From the NCBI GenBank assembly GCA_020057295.1, contig JAGVGF010000003.1, forward strand, positions 64,001 to 128,000: 64,000 bases of DNA. Direction: 5' to 3'. Below, piece after piece: positions 40,839-50,387 of the stretch. The notes below the pieces were generated by a model. That model ran no database searches. It worked only from the letters and a program-made list of their open reading frames with translations, and was not told the origin of the DNA. The stretch comes from an archaeon. GTDB lineage: Archaea; Nanobdellota; Nanobdellia; Woesearchaeales; UBA9642. Every line of letters starts with the position of its first letter. Positions within the stretch are counted from its first letter, which is position 1. The translations under genes and the position numbers were made by a program.

Positions 40839-40869
40839 TTTAAATACCTTATTGTTTTATAGACATGAA
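40839..40869 (+). promoter_or_regulatory. nrtR promoter with NrtR-like operator
   Basis: TATA TTTAAATA 40839-40846 followed by TTATTGT-TTTATAG-ACATGAA 40849-40869. Confidence 0.6.
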
Positions 40870-40902
40870 GTCAAATTAAAGCTGAAAATTAAAGGTGTTG
40901 GG

Positions 40903-41562
40903 ATGGATAACGAGTTGTCTAAATATGAAAAGCCTTCTGTAACTGTAGATACGGTTATTTTTAGTATAAAAGAAAATGATTTGAAAGTTTTATTAGTAAA
41001 AAGATCTTCTTCTCCGTTTAAGGATAAGTGGGCTATTCCTGGAGGATTTGTCAAGATTGATCAATCTCTAGAAGATGCTGCAAAATTTAAATTAGAAGAA
41101 AAGACAGGCGTTAAAGATGTATATTTAGAACAATTATACTCTTTTGGCAGTCCTAAAAGAGATCCTAGGGGACGAGTTATAACAGTAACATATTTTGCAT
41201 TAATAAATTCTGATAATGTAAAGCTTAAAGGCGATGATGCTAAGTGGTTTTCCATTACTGAATTACCACAAGTTGCATTCGATCATAATACAATATTAGA
41301 TTATGCATTAAAAAGATTAAAATGGAAATTTGAGTATACCGTTGTAGCATTTTCTTTACTACCTAAAAAATTCACTATGACTCAAGTTCAAGATTTATAT
41401 GAAATTGTTTTTAATCAAAAATTTGATAAGAGAAATTTTAGAAAGAAAATTTTATCTCTTAATATCCTTGAAGAACAGGAAGTTATGAGGAACGTTTCAT
41501 TTAGACCGCCACAATTATATTCTCTAAAAGCAAATATTGGAGAGATAGTTAATATTTTGTAA
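40903..41562 (+). CDS. nrtR: Nudix-related transcriptional regulator
   Basis: Nudix fold with degenerate box (AAKFKLEEKTG), LEQLYSF..RDPR, AFDH, C-terminal wHTH FTMTQV..DKRNFRKK..RPPQLY. Confidence 0.88.
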   Translation: MDNELSKYEKPSVTVDTVIFSIKENDLKVLLVKRSSSPFKDKWAIPGGFVKIDQSLEDAAKFKLEEKTGVKDVYLEQLYSFGSPKRDPRGRVITVTYFALINSDNVKLKGDDAKWFSITELPQVAFDHNTILDYALKRLKWKFEYTVVAFSLLPKKFTMTQVQDLYEIVFNQKFDKRNFRKKILSLNILEEQEVMRNVSFRPPQLYSLKANIGEIVNIL

Positions 41563-41583
41563 ATCGCTTATTTTGTGAACATT

Positions 41584-43461
41584 ATGAATAACACTCTAGA
41601 TTATAAAAAGATTGGATTGAAGGCCGGTTTGGAGATTCATCAGCAGCTTGATACGAAGAAATTATTTTGTGATTGTCCTTCTGAAATGAGAGATGATTCT
41701 CCTGATAAGACTGTTAAAAGAGTTTTGAGAGCGATTGCTGGAGAGACAGGAGATGTTGATATTGCCGCGAAAGCAGAAATGGAAAAAGGCAAAAATTTTG
41801 TGTTCGAATATTATGATGACACAACATGTCTTGTGGAATTGGATGAAGAACCTCCACATGCGATTAATAATGATGCTTTGAATGTTGTTCTGCAATTTTC
41901 TAAAATTGTTGATGCACAAGTTGTTGATCAAGTTCATGTTATGAGAAAGACTGTTGTTGATGGAAGTAATGTTTCAGGATTTCAAAGGACAGCTCTTGTT
42001 GCAAGAAATGGAATAATGCCTGTAGATATCTCAGAAGGATCTGAGTCTAAATCGGAATCAAGAATTTTGAATGTTGCTATTGATACTTTATGTATTGAAG
42101 AGGATGCTGCTCGTATAATTAAAAGAGAAGCAGGACAAGACATTTACCGATTAGATAGACTAGGAATTCCATTAATTGAAATTGCAACAGGTCCTGACAT
42201 GAAAACTCCTAAAGAGGTCAAAGAGGTTGCTGCACACATTGGAATGTTGCTCAGAAGTACAGGAAAAGTAAAGAGAGGTTTAGGAACAATCAGACAAGAT
42301 GTGAATGTTTCTATCGAGAGTGGTGCAAGGGCAGAAATTAAAGGTGTTCAAGATTTAAGATTAATCGATACTGTTGTTGAGTTGGAAGCATTACGTCAAG
42401 TTAACATGCTTAAATTACGTGAAGAGATGCGTGTAAAAGGAATTAAAATCGAAAATTTAAATGATGAAGTTAAAGATTTTACTGAAGATTTCAGAACTGT
42501 TCAAAAAGGGTTCATAAAAACAGGAATAGATTCTGGACTTAAAATATACGGTAAATCTTACGCATTATTCAAAGGATTCTTTGGTTATGAGATAAATCCT
42601 GGCAGAAGATTTGGCACAGAATTAAGTGATAGAATTAAAGTTTTAGGATTAAACGGTCTTATTCACTCGGACGAAGTTTTAGAAAAATACGGAATAATTG
42701 ATATAGTTCAACATATTTATCATAAATGTGAATTGGGTTCAGATGATGGCATAATATTTATTCTAGGTTCTGAAGATAAATGTTTATTAGCATTCAAAAA
42801 AATTGATGATTCAATAAAATATTTTTTAGAAAAAGGTTTATCTAAAGAAGTAAGAAATGCGAAAGAAGACGGAACATCACAATTCTTAAGACCTATGCCG
42901 GGAAGTAGTAGAATGTATCCAGAAACAGATATTCCGGTAATACATCCAACATTAGAAGGTGTTGGGATGCCAGAATTAATTAAGGATAAGACAGAAAGAT
43001 TTGTTAAAGATTATGGATTACCAAAACAGGTTGCTAAAGAATTAATCTTTGAACCAAATTTCGAACTATTCGTTAAGAAATATCCTCAAATAAAGGCGGT
43101 AACTATTGCTGAAGGTTTAGATAGTATGTTAAAAGATCTTAAAACAAGATACTCCTTGGATGTTCAACCATCATTCGAACAATACGATCAAATATTTTCT
43201 AAATTAAATACGGGCGATATTGCAAAGGAAGCATTATTTGAGATTTTACTTGCTATTGGAAAAAACGAACAAGGAAAAATTATTGATTTCTCAAAATATC
43301 AAACTAATGAAGATGAAGTTATAGAATTTATTACTCGAACAATCTCTGAAAAACCTGGATTGAATAGCAATGCTATTATGGGTTTAGTAATGAAAGAATA
43401 TCGTGGAAAGTTTTCAGGACAAAAAATACTTGAATTAATTAAGAAATACAAAGGAGAATAA
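41584..43461 (+). CDS. gatE: Glu-tRNA(Gln) amidotransferase subunit E
   Basis: GLEIHQQL, DEEPPH, DGSNVSGFQRT, RLDRLGIPLIEI, RGLGTIRQDVN, RMYPETD. Confidence 0.95.
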   Translation: MNNTLDYKKIGLKAGLEIHQQLDTKKLFCDCPSEMRDDSPDKTVKRVLRAIAGETGDVDIAAKAEMEKGKNFVFEYYDDTTCLVELDEEPPHAINNDALNVVLQFSKIVDAQVVDQVHVMRKTVVDGSNVSGFQRTALVARNGIMPVDISEGSESKSESRILNVAIDTLCIEEDAARIIKREAGQDIYRLDRLGIPLIEIATGPDMKTPKEVKEVAAHIGMLLRSTGKVKRGLGTIRQDVNVSIESGARAEIKGVQDLRLIDTVVELEALRQVNMLKLREEMRVKGIKIENLNDEVKDFTEDFRTVQKGFIKTGIDSGLKIYGKSYALFKGFFGYEINPGRRFGTELSDRIKVLGLNGLIHSDEVLEKYGIIDIVQHIYHKCELGSDDGIIFILGSEDKCLLAFKKIDDSIKYFLEKGLSKEVRNAKEDGTSQFLRPMPGSSRMYPETDIPVIHPTLEGVGMPELIKDKTERFVKDYGLPKQVAKELIFEPNFELFVKKYPQIKAVTIAEGLDSMLKDLKTRYSLDVQPSFEQYDQIFSKLNTGDIAKEALFEILLAIGKNEQGKIIDFSKYQTNEDEVIEFITRTISEKPGLNSNAIMGLVMKEYRGKFSGQKILELIKKYKGE

Positions 43462-43462
43462 T

Positions 43463-44326
43463 ATGATTATTGAACTCAGCTTGATATTCGCTTTTCTTGC
43501 AATGTTTTCTTGGGGGATTGGAGATTTTCTTATACAAAAAGTTACACGAAAATTAGGCGATCTAGAGACTCTTACATGGATAGGTGTTGTAGGAAGTATA
43601 TTCTTGCTTCCTTTTGTTTGGAAAGATATAACTCTATTTTCTATTCCTGGGAATATGTTTCTAATAATAGGACTTGGCGTAATAACATTTATCGCTGCAA
43701 TACTTAATTTTGAAGCGTTGAAGAAAGGAAAGATTTCTGTTGTCGATGTAGTACTAGAAATTGAACTACCTATAACAATAGCTTTAGGATTTATATTTTT
43801 AGGAGAGACATTAACAACAATTCAGGCAATAATTATATTCTTTATATTGTGTGGAATAATATTAATAGCAACACAATCATTCAGTCACTTTAAAGCAAGA
43901 ATAGAACGAGGAGTTATAATAGCAATAATTGCATCAATATTTATGGGTGGAGTAAATTTCTTGACAGGTGTATCGGCAAAACAAATAACTCCTTTAATGG
44001 CTGTATGGGGGCCATGGGTGGTTTTTACAATAATATGTGTGATTGTGATATTGTTTAGAGAGGGTCCAAGAAATCTTATTAAAAATGCTTCAGAAAATAA
44101 AAAATTAATACTTTGGATGGGTATCATAGATACGCTCGCATGGGTATTTTATGCATTTGCAGTTCAAGATTATGAAATTTCTATAGTTACTGCAATCACA
44201 GAAAGTTATCCTGCAATAGCATTAATACTTGGTGTTTGGTTAAATAAAGAGAGAATATTATCTCATCAATGGATTGGTGCCGCTTTAGCTTTAATATGTA
44301 GTGTGCTTCTTGCCACTACACTTTAA
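43463..44326 (+). CDS. EamA/DMT family transporter
   Basis: About 10 TM helices in two EamA-like repeats (LGE.L and LNKER motifs). Confidence 0.85.
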   Translation: MIIELSLIFAFLAMFSWGIGDFLIQKVTRKLGDLETLTWIGVVGSIFLLPFVWKDITLFSIPGNMFLIIGLGVITFIAAILNFEALKKGKISVVDVVLEIELPITIALGFIFLGETLTTIQAIIIFFILCGIILIATQSFSHFKARIERGVIIAIIASIFMGGVNFLTGVSAKQITPLMAVWGPWVVFTIICVIVILFREGPRNLIKNASENKKLILWMGIIDTLAWVFYAFAVQDYEISIVTAITESYPAIALILGVWLNKERILSHQWIGAALALICSVLLATTL

Positions 44327-45154
44327 TTATACTACTCTAATATATACTGTCTTGTCTGGATGTGCTCTTTGTTCAAAACTTTTTCTTCCAATCTTTAATA
44401 ATTCATCTTCATCAGAAATACCGCTAGAATATAATTTTCCACTAACCATTAGCATATCTAATTGTTCATCAAGCGTAGATATTGGTGGTCCGAAACAATT
44501 TATAACAAGCGAACAGTTCTGCAGCACAGAAGGTAATTTTTTGTCTCCGAAAAAATATTTTACTGATCGAATATGTTCTCGTTGTATGGCTTTAAATATT
44601 TCTTTCACACATTTTAAATTATGCTCTATAAATGTTCTGTCTACATCTTTTTGAGCTAATTCTATTGATAATCTTTTAAGATCAACATATACTTTTTCGT
44701 AATCGAACATATCAATAATTATTGGCGCTTCTCCTAATTTATGACCTTGTCTTAAAGCATATTCCACAGGCACATTACTAAATCCATTTCCAATAAATGC
44801 TACTTTGCCACGTTCTGAATATAATCTTGAGGTTATTCCAGGAATTTCTTTCTCTATTTCTTCAATAGTTCTAGCAGTGATTCCTATACCACCTATCCCT
44901 TTAGATCTTTGTAATTCTTTAGCTTCCTCAACCATTATTTTATTATATTCTTCTCTCGTCATTAAATCCTTAAAATTATCATAACCCATTCCGATGCTTT
45001 CAGCTAACGTTATTAATTCAGTATCACACATATTGCACGCTCTCTGTGGACTACTAAATACTATTCCGTTAGGACTTTCATCATAACTATATCTTATACC
45101 GCTTTTAGTTGGCTGTAGAGACTCTAGAATCTTCTGTAAATCGTTTTTGTTCAT
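44327..45154 (-). CDS. Hypothetical protein, possibly Rossmann-like
   Basis: 275-aa ORF; VAFIGNGFS resembles a Gly-rich loop. Confidence 0.55.
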   Translation of the reverse strand: MNKNDLQKILESLQPTKSGIRYSYDESPNGIVFSSPQRACNMCDTELITLAESIGMGYDNFKDLMTREEYNKIMVEEAKELQRSKGIGGIGITARTIEEIEKEIPGITSRLYSERGKVAFIGNGFSNVPVEYALRQGHKLGEAPIIIDMFDYEKVYVDLKRLSIELAQKDVDRTFIEHNLKCVKEIFKAIQREHIRSVKYFFGDKKLPSVLQNCSLVINCFGPPISTLDEQLDMLMVSGKLYSSGISDEDELLKIGRKSFEQRAHPDKTVYIRVV

Positions 45155-45232
45155 TTCAGTTCTCGCGATAGTTTTTTATATCTTAGATAGGAATTCCAAA
45201 GATTTTATAAAATGTTCTATTATCCTAAATTC

Positions 45233-46366
45233 ATGGTAGAACCGTTATGTAAATATTTTGGCGAATGCGGCGGATGTGCATCTCAACAAATATCGTATGA
45301 TAAACAACTTGAGAGTAAGCAGCAGTTAGTTGCGAATAGGACAAATGTTCCACCAGAATTTGTTAAAGTTTTTTCTGATAAAGAATATCACTATAGAAAC
45401 AGGATGGATTTAGTTTTTAATCCCCGAGGGATAGGACTCAGGAAGAAAGGTGATTGGAGAACTACTATAGATATAGAGACATGTGTAATAGGTAATGAAC
45501 GTTTAAATGAACTAATAAAAGAGATTAGACAAAATTTTAGAGATGTAGATGCATTCGATATAAGAAAAAGTCAAGGAACATATAGATATGTAGTTATAAG
45601 AACTCCCGGAATAACTTCAGAAACATCCACATCATCAATATCTTTCGTTTTAAATGAGGATTCAAATAAGACAGGCGAAGCTATTGATAAAATAAAACAT
45701 TATGCGAAAATAAGTACTGCGAATAATATTATTGTCACATACGTTCCAAGACAAACGGATATGAGTATTTCAGAAGAGTTTTTCGTTGTAAAAGGAACAG
45801 ATATGTTGAAAGAAACATATCTAACAAGGGAATTTACTTATTCTGTTCAAGGATTTTTCCAAAATAACACAATCATGGCAAACAAAATGCATGAGTATGT
45901 TCGCGGTTTATGTGTAAAATATTCTGATAAGAAAATGACTTTACTTGATTTATATGCTGGTGTAGGAACTTTTGGAATTAATAACGCGGAATTATTCAAT
46001 AATGTTCATATCGTTGAATCTGACAAGCATTGTGTTGCTGCAGCAAAAATAAATATTGAAACGAATAAAACATTAAATGCTGTAATCACAGAACTTGATG
46101 CAATGCAACTAAAAAAAATTGAGCTTCCAACAAACAGCGAACTTTTCGTTATAACTGATCCTCCACGTTCAGGAATGCATCCAAAAACAATAGAACACTT
46201 GAATAAATTAAAACCGAAAGTCATAATCTATATTTCATGTAATGTTGATCAATTAGGAAAAGATTTACCTAAATTTAAGGATTATGAATTAAAATCTGTA
46301 GCCATGTTTGATTTATTTCCACAAACACCGCATGTGGAAGCGATTGTAGAATTGTTATTAAAATAG
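45233..46366 (+). CDS. RlmD/TrmA-family RNA m5U methyltransferase
   Basis: C-x5-CGGC Fe-S motif, YRNRM, GFFQNN, LDLYAGVG, DPPRSG, ISCN, DLFPQTPHVE. Confidence 0.9.
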   Translation: MVEPLCKYFGECGGCASQQISYDKQLESKQQLVANRTNVPPEFVKVFSDKEYHYRNRMDLVFNPRGIGLRKKGDWRTTIDIETCVIGNERLNELIKEIRQNFRDVDAFDIRKSQGTYRYVVIRTPGITSETSTSSISFVLNEDSNKTGEAIDKIKHYAKISTANNIIVTYVPRQTDMSISEEFFVVKGTDMLKETYLTREFTYSVQGFFQNNTIMANKMHEYVRGLCVKYSDKKMTLLDLYAGVGTFGINNAELFNNVHIVESDKHCVAAAKINIETNKTLNAVITELDAMQLKKIELPTNSELFVITDPPRSGMHPKTIEHLNKLKPKVIIYISCNVDQLGKDLPKFKDYELKSVAMFDLFPQTPHVEAIVELLLK

Positions 46367-46500
46367 ATTCGTCACTTGTTCCAGACAAAAAACCACCAAA
46401 ATATACTATCTCGTAATTTAATCAATTTATTTATCCTGTCATATTCTATGAAATGATAAACTTTATATAATTCCTAGAAGAGTGATTGTTAGGGGGTTTT

Positions 46501-49476
46501 ATGGTATATAGAATTGAAGTATTTTCAACTATTCCAGACATGCGTGCACGTGTGAGATTAAAGAAGCTTCAAGCTGAAAAATTCTTTGTTGATGCATTAG
46601 AAATTGTTGATGTATATACAATTGATAGTTCTTTAACTTTACATGAAGCTACACAAGTTGCTGACATTCTTTCTAATCCTGTAACTCAAAAAACTATTGT
46701 CAGGGCTTCAGAAGATGATACAGAGAGATTATATTCTGATTTTAATCAAGTTATAGAAATAGGATTTCTTCCGGGTGTAAAAGATAATGTCGCATCCACA
46801 GCGCGTGAAATAATACAAGATTTTTTTAAGAAAAAATTCTCTTCAGGAGAAGATGTCTACACATCACAGATGTTCTATCTTAAAGGAAATTTTTCAGATG
46901 ATATCATAAAAAAGATTGTGGATTCATTATATAATCCTTTAATCCAACGTGCCAGTGTTAAATCTATAAAGGGAAAAATATTGTTTACAGTTCCTAAAGT
47001 AAAACTTACAGTAAAACCTTCTGTAGATATTATTCCCATACTTGAAATGGATGATGAACAACTCGCAGTTCTTGGAAAACAAGGGATACTAAATCCTGAT
47101 GGTACAAGTAGAGGACCTCTTGCACTGAATCTTTCATATATGAAAGCAATTCAGTCATATTGTAAAAAAATAGGTCGTAATATAACGGATATTGAATTAG
47201 AATTTATTGCACAATCTTGGAGCGAACATTGCAAACATCCAAAATTCGCTGATCCAATCGACGAGATTCCGGAAGGTCTTTTCAAGAGATATATTAAATC
47301 TGCAACGAAAGAAATTCGTAAGGCAAAAGCTTCTGAAGATTTTTGTGTTTCTGTTTTTACAGATAATTCCGGAGCGATAGTTTTTGATGATGAATATCTT
47401 ATAACAGATAAATGTGAAACACACAATAGTCCATCAGCGTTAGATCCTTTCGGAGGATCAATAACTGGAATAGTTGGTGTAAATAGAGATACTATAGGAT
47501 TCGGTTTAGGAGCTAAGCCCATAATAAATTGTTATGGTTTTTGTTTTGCAGAACCAACAGATACTCAACCACTGTATAAGGGAAAAAACTTTACACAAAA
47601 GATGCTTTCTCCACGTAGAATAATGGAAGGTGTTATTGAAGGTGTTAATGTTGGAGGAAATTGTTCTGGAATTCCGACACCTCAAGGATTCATTCTGTTT
47701 GATAAAAGATACAAAGGAAAACCGTTAGTTTTCGTCAGAACTTTAGGCATTATACCAAGAGAGACAACTGGAAGAAAAAATTATGAAAAGAAAGCAAACG
47801 CGGGAGATTATATTGTAATGATTGGTGGACGTGTCGGAAAAGATGGTATTCATGGAGCAACATTCTCTTCCGAAGCTATGGACTCGGGAAGTCCAGCAAC
47901 AGCAGTACAGATTGGCGATCCGATAACACAGAAAAAATTTAGTGATGCAATAGTCAAAGAAGCGAGAGATTTAGAGTTATATTCTAGCATAACAGATAAT
48001 GGTGCAGGTGGATTATCAAGTTCTGTTGGTGAAATGGCAAAAGAATCAGGAGGATTTCATGTAAATCTTGAGGGTGTTCCAGTAAAATATCCTGGACTAG
48101 CTCCATGGGAGATATGGATTTCAGAATCACAAGAAAGAATGAGTGTGGCTGTTCCAAAAAATAAGTGGAACTCCTTTTTAGAATTAATGGAAATGCGTGG
48201 TGTTGAAGCAACCATCATTGGAGAGTTTACTAATTCAGGCAAATGTGTTGCCGAATATAATAATAAAAATGTTATAGATATGGATATGGAATTTGTTCAC
48301 GAGGGACTTCCTAAAACACATATTCAAACGCAACCCAAAAATGAAGTTTATGAAGAACCATCATTCGATGTCCCATCAGATTTAACACCTTCAATAAAAT
48401 CTATGTTAGCACGTAATAATATTACTAGTTATTCTTTCATATCACAACAGTATGATCATGAAGTTCAAGGAGGTTCTGTCTTAAAACCTTTACAAGGAAG
48501 AGGGTGTGTAAACGCAGATACGACAGCAGTAAGACCTTTAGTTAATTCTCAAAAGACTGCAATAATTTCTCATGGTTTGAATCCATCGTATAGTGATATA
48601 AGTACATATCATATGGTAGCATGTGCGATTGATACAGCAATAAGAAATAGTATTGCTGCAGGAGCAAATTTAAATCATTTAGCTCTGATGGATAATTTCT
48701 GTTGGTGCAGTGCTGATGATCCTGTGCGTATGGCTGAATTAAAGGATGCTGTGAAAGCATGTTATGATTATTCTATATTATACGGTACACCGTTTATTTC
48801 TGGCAAAGACAGTATGTATAATGATTTTAGGGGATTTGATCATGAAGGTAAACCAATAAAAATATCTATCCCTCCAACATTACTTGTATCCACATTAAGC
48901 GTGGTTGATGATGCAAAGAAATTAGTTTCACTAGATGCAAAAATACCAGGAGATTATGTTTATGTTTTAGGCGAAACTCGCGAAGAACTTGGTGGCTCAG
49001 AGTATTATGCTATGGTTGGTGAACAACAACGCGGAAAAGGTTATGTCGGAAATATTGTTCCTAAAGTTGATGCTACAAAAAATAAAAAATTATACGAAGC
49101 GTTAAGTAAGGCAATAACTGAAGAGATTGTTTCTTCTGCACAAAGTGTTCATCGTGGCGGAATTGCTGTAGCACTTGCTAAAACTGCATTAGGCGGAATG
49201 CTTGGAATACATATCAACTTGACATTCATTCCAGGAACTGTAAAAAGATCAGATAGCATATTATATTCAGAAAGTCAAGGAAGAATTGTTGTAACTATCG
49301 ATCCGAAAAAGAGCCAATTGTTTGAAAAAATGATGGGAGGAAATATTTTTGCTCGAATAGGAATAATAACATCAGATTCCTTATTTAAAATAACAGATAG
49401 CGCTGGAAAACTCATAATAAATACAGATATTAAAACATTACATAATGATTATACTTCGACATTTGGAGGGTATTAG
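46501..49476 (+). CDS. purL: FGAM synthase subunit PurL with extended N-terminus
   Basis: WSEHCKH, ETHNSPS, GKDGIHGATFSS, DNGAGGLSS, SESQERM, QYDHEV, ISGKDS. Confidence 0.93.
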   Translation: MVYRIEVFSTIPDMRARVRLKKLQAEKFFVDALEIVDVYTIDSSLTLHEATQVADILSNPVTQKTIVRASEDDTERLYSDFNQVIEIGFLPGVKDNVASTAREIIQDFFKKKFSSGEDVYTSQMFYLKGNFSDDIIKKIVDSLYNPLIQRASVKSIKGKILFTVPKVKLTVKPSVDIIPILEMDDEQLAVLGKQGILNPDGTSRGPLALNLSYMKAIQSYCKKIGRNITDIELEFIAQSWSEHCKHPKFADPIDEIPEGLFKRYIKSATKEIRKAKASEDFCVSVFTDNSGAIVFDDEYLITDKCETHNSPSALDPFGGSITGIVGVNRDTIGFGLGAKPIINCYGFCFAEPTDTQPLYKGKNFTQKMLSPRRIMEGVIEGVNVGGNCSGIPTPQGFILFDKRYKGKPLVFVRTLGIIPRETTGRKNYEKKANAGDYIVMIGGRVGKDGIHGATFSSEAMDSGSPATAVQIGDPITQKKFSDAIVKEARDLELYSSITDNGAGGLSSSVGEMAKESGGFHVNLEGVPVKYPGLAPWEIWISESQERMSVAVPKNKWNSFLELMEMRGVEATIIGEFTNSGKCVAEYNNKNVIDMDMEFVHEGLPKTHIQTQPKNEVYEEPSFDVPSDLTPSIKSMLARNNITSYSFISQQYDHEVQGGSVLKPLQGRGCVNADTTAVRPLVNSQKTAIISHGLNPSYSDISTYHMVACAIDTAIRNSIAAGANLNHLALMDNFCWCSADDPVRMAELKDAVKACYDYSILYGTPFISGKDSMYNDFRGFDHEGKPIKISIPPTLLVSTLSVVDDAKKLVSLDAKIPGDYVYVLGETREELGGSEYYAMVGEQQRGKGYVGNIVPKVDATKNKKLYEALSKAITEEIVSSAQSVHRGGIAVALAKTALGGMLGIHINLTFIPGTVKRSDSILYSESQGRIVVTIDPKKSQLFEKMMGGNIFARIGIITSDSLFKITDSAGKLIINTDIKTLHNDYTSTFGGY

Positions 49477-49482
49477 ATACAA

Positions 49483-50331
49483 ATGAACGAATTTCAAATC
49501 AAAAAATCTGATATGAACAAGTCTAATATAAGTAAACCTCGAGTAATAGTACTCTCAGGGTATGGCTTGAATTGTGAAGAAGAGACAAAATATGCATTCA
49601 TTAAATCTGGTGGAGACGTAGATATAATTCATATAAATGATTTAATTGCTGGTAAGACTTCGTTAAAAGATTATCAAATAATGGCTATTCCTGGAGGATT
49701 TAGTTTTGGTGACGATACTGGTTCAGGAAATGCTTTTGCAAATAGGATGAGAAATCATTTATGGCATATGATTACAGATTTCATTAAAGAAGATAAATTA
49801 GTTATCGGTATATGTAATGGATTTCAAATACTTGCCAATCTAGGATTACTTCCTGCCCTAGATAACAAGTATGGAGAGAGACAAATCGCTTTAGCACACA
49901 ACGATTCTGCAAGATACATTGATAGATGGGTCGATTTAAAATTTGAAGGTTCTAGTCCATGGATTAAAGGAATTGATGTAATTAGTGTTCCTATAGCACA
50001 TGGCGAAGGTAAATTCTTTGCAAGCGAATTAGTGATGCAACAGATTGAGCAAAAAAAATTGGTGACGGCAAGATATTTTAATGGAGAGATATGTAAATAT
50101 TCTAATCTTAATGCAAATCCAAACGGCGCGTTACATGATATTGCAGCAATAACAGATGTTTCTGGAAAAATTCTTGGAATGATGCCTCATCCCGAGAGAG
50201 CTATAGATTTCACTCAAAGACCTGATTGGACGTTAATCAAAGAACAATATAAACGTGAAGGCAAACCAATTCCTGTTCATGCTTCTGGCATAAAAATTTT
50301 TGAGAATGGAATAAAACATTTTTTACAATAA
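49483..50331 (+). CDS. purQ: FGAM synthase glutaminase subunit
   Basis: GLNCEEET, PGGFSFGD, GICNGFQ, AHGEG, NPNG, MMPHPER. Confidence 0.95.
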   Translation: MNEFQIKKSDMNKSNISKPRVIVLSGYGLNCEEETKYAFIKSGGDVDIIHINDLIAGKTSLKDYQIMAIPGGFSFGDDTGSGNAFANRMRNHLWHMITDFIKEDKLVIGICNGFQILANLGLLPALDNKYGERQIALAHNDSARYIDRWVDLKFEGSSPWIKGIDVISVPIAHGEGKFFASELVMQQIEQKKLVTARYFNGEICKYSNLNANPNGALHDIAAITDVSGKILGMMPHPERAIDFTQRPDWTLIKEQYKREGKPIPVHASGIKIFENGIKHFLQ

Positions 50332-50387
50332 ATTATATTTTAAAAATAATTTGAAATAATAATATAGAATGATGTGAAGGTGTATTG

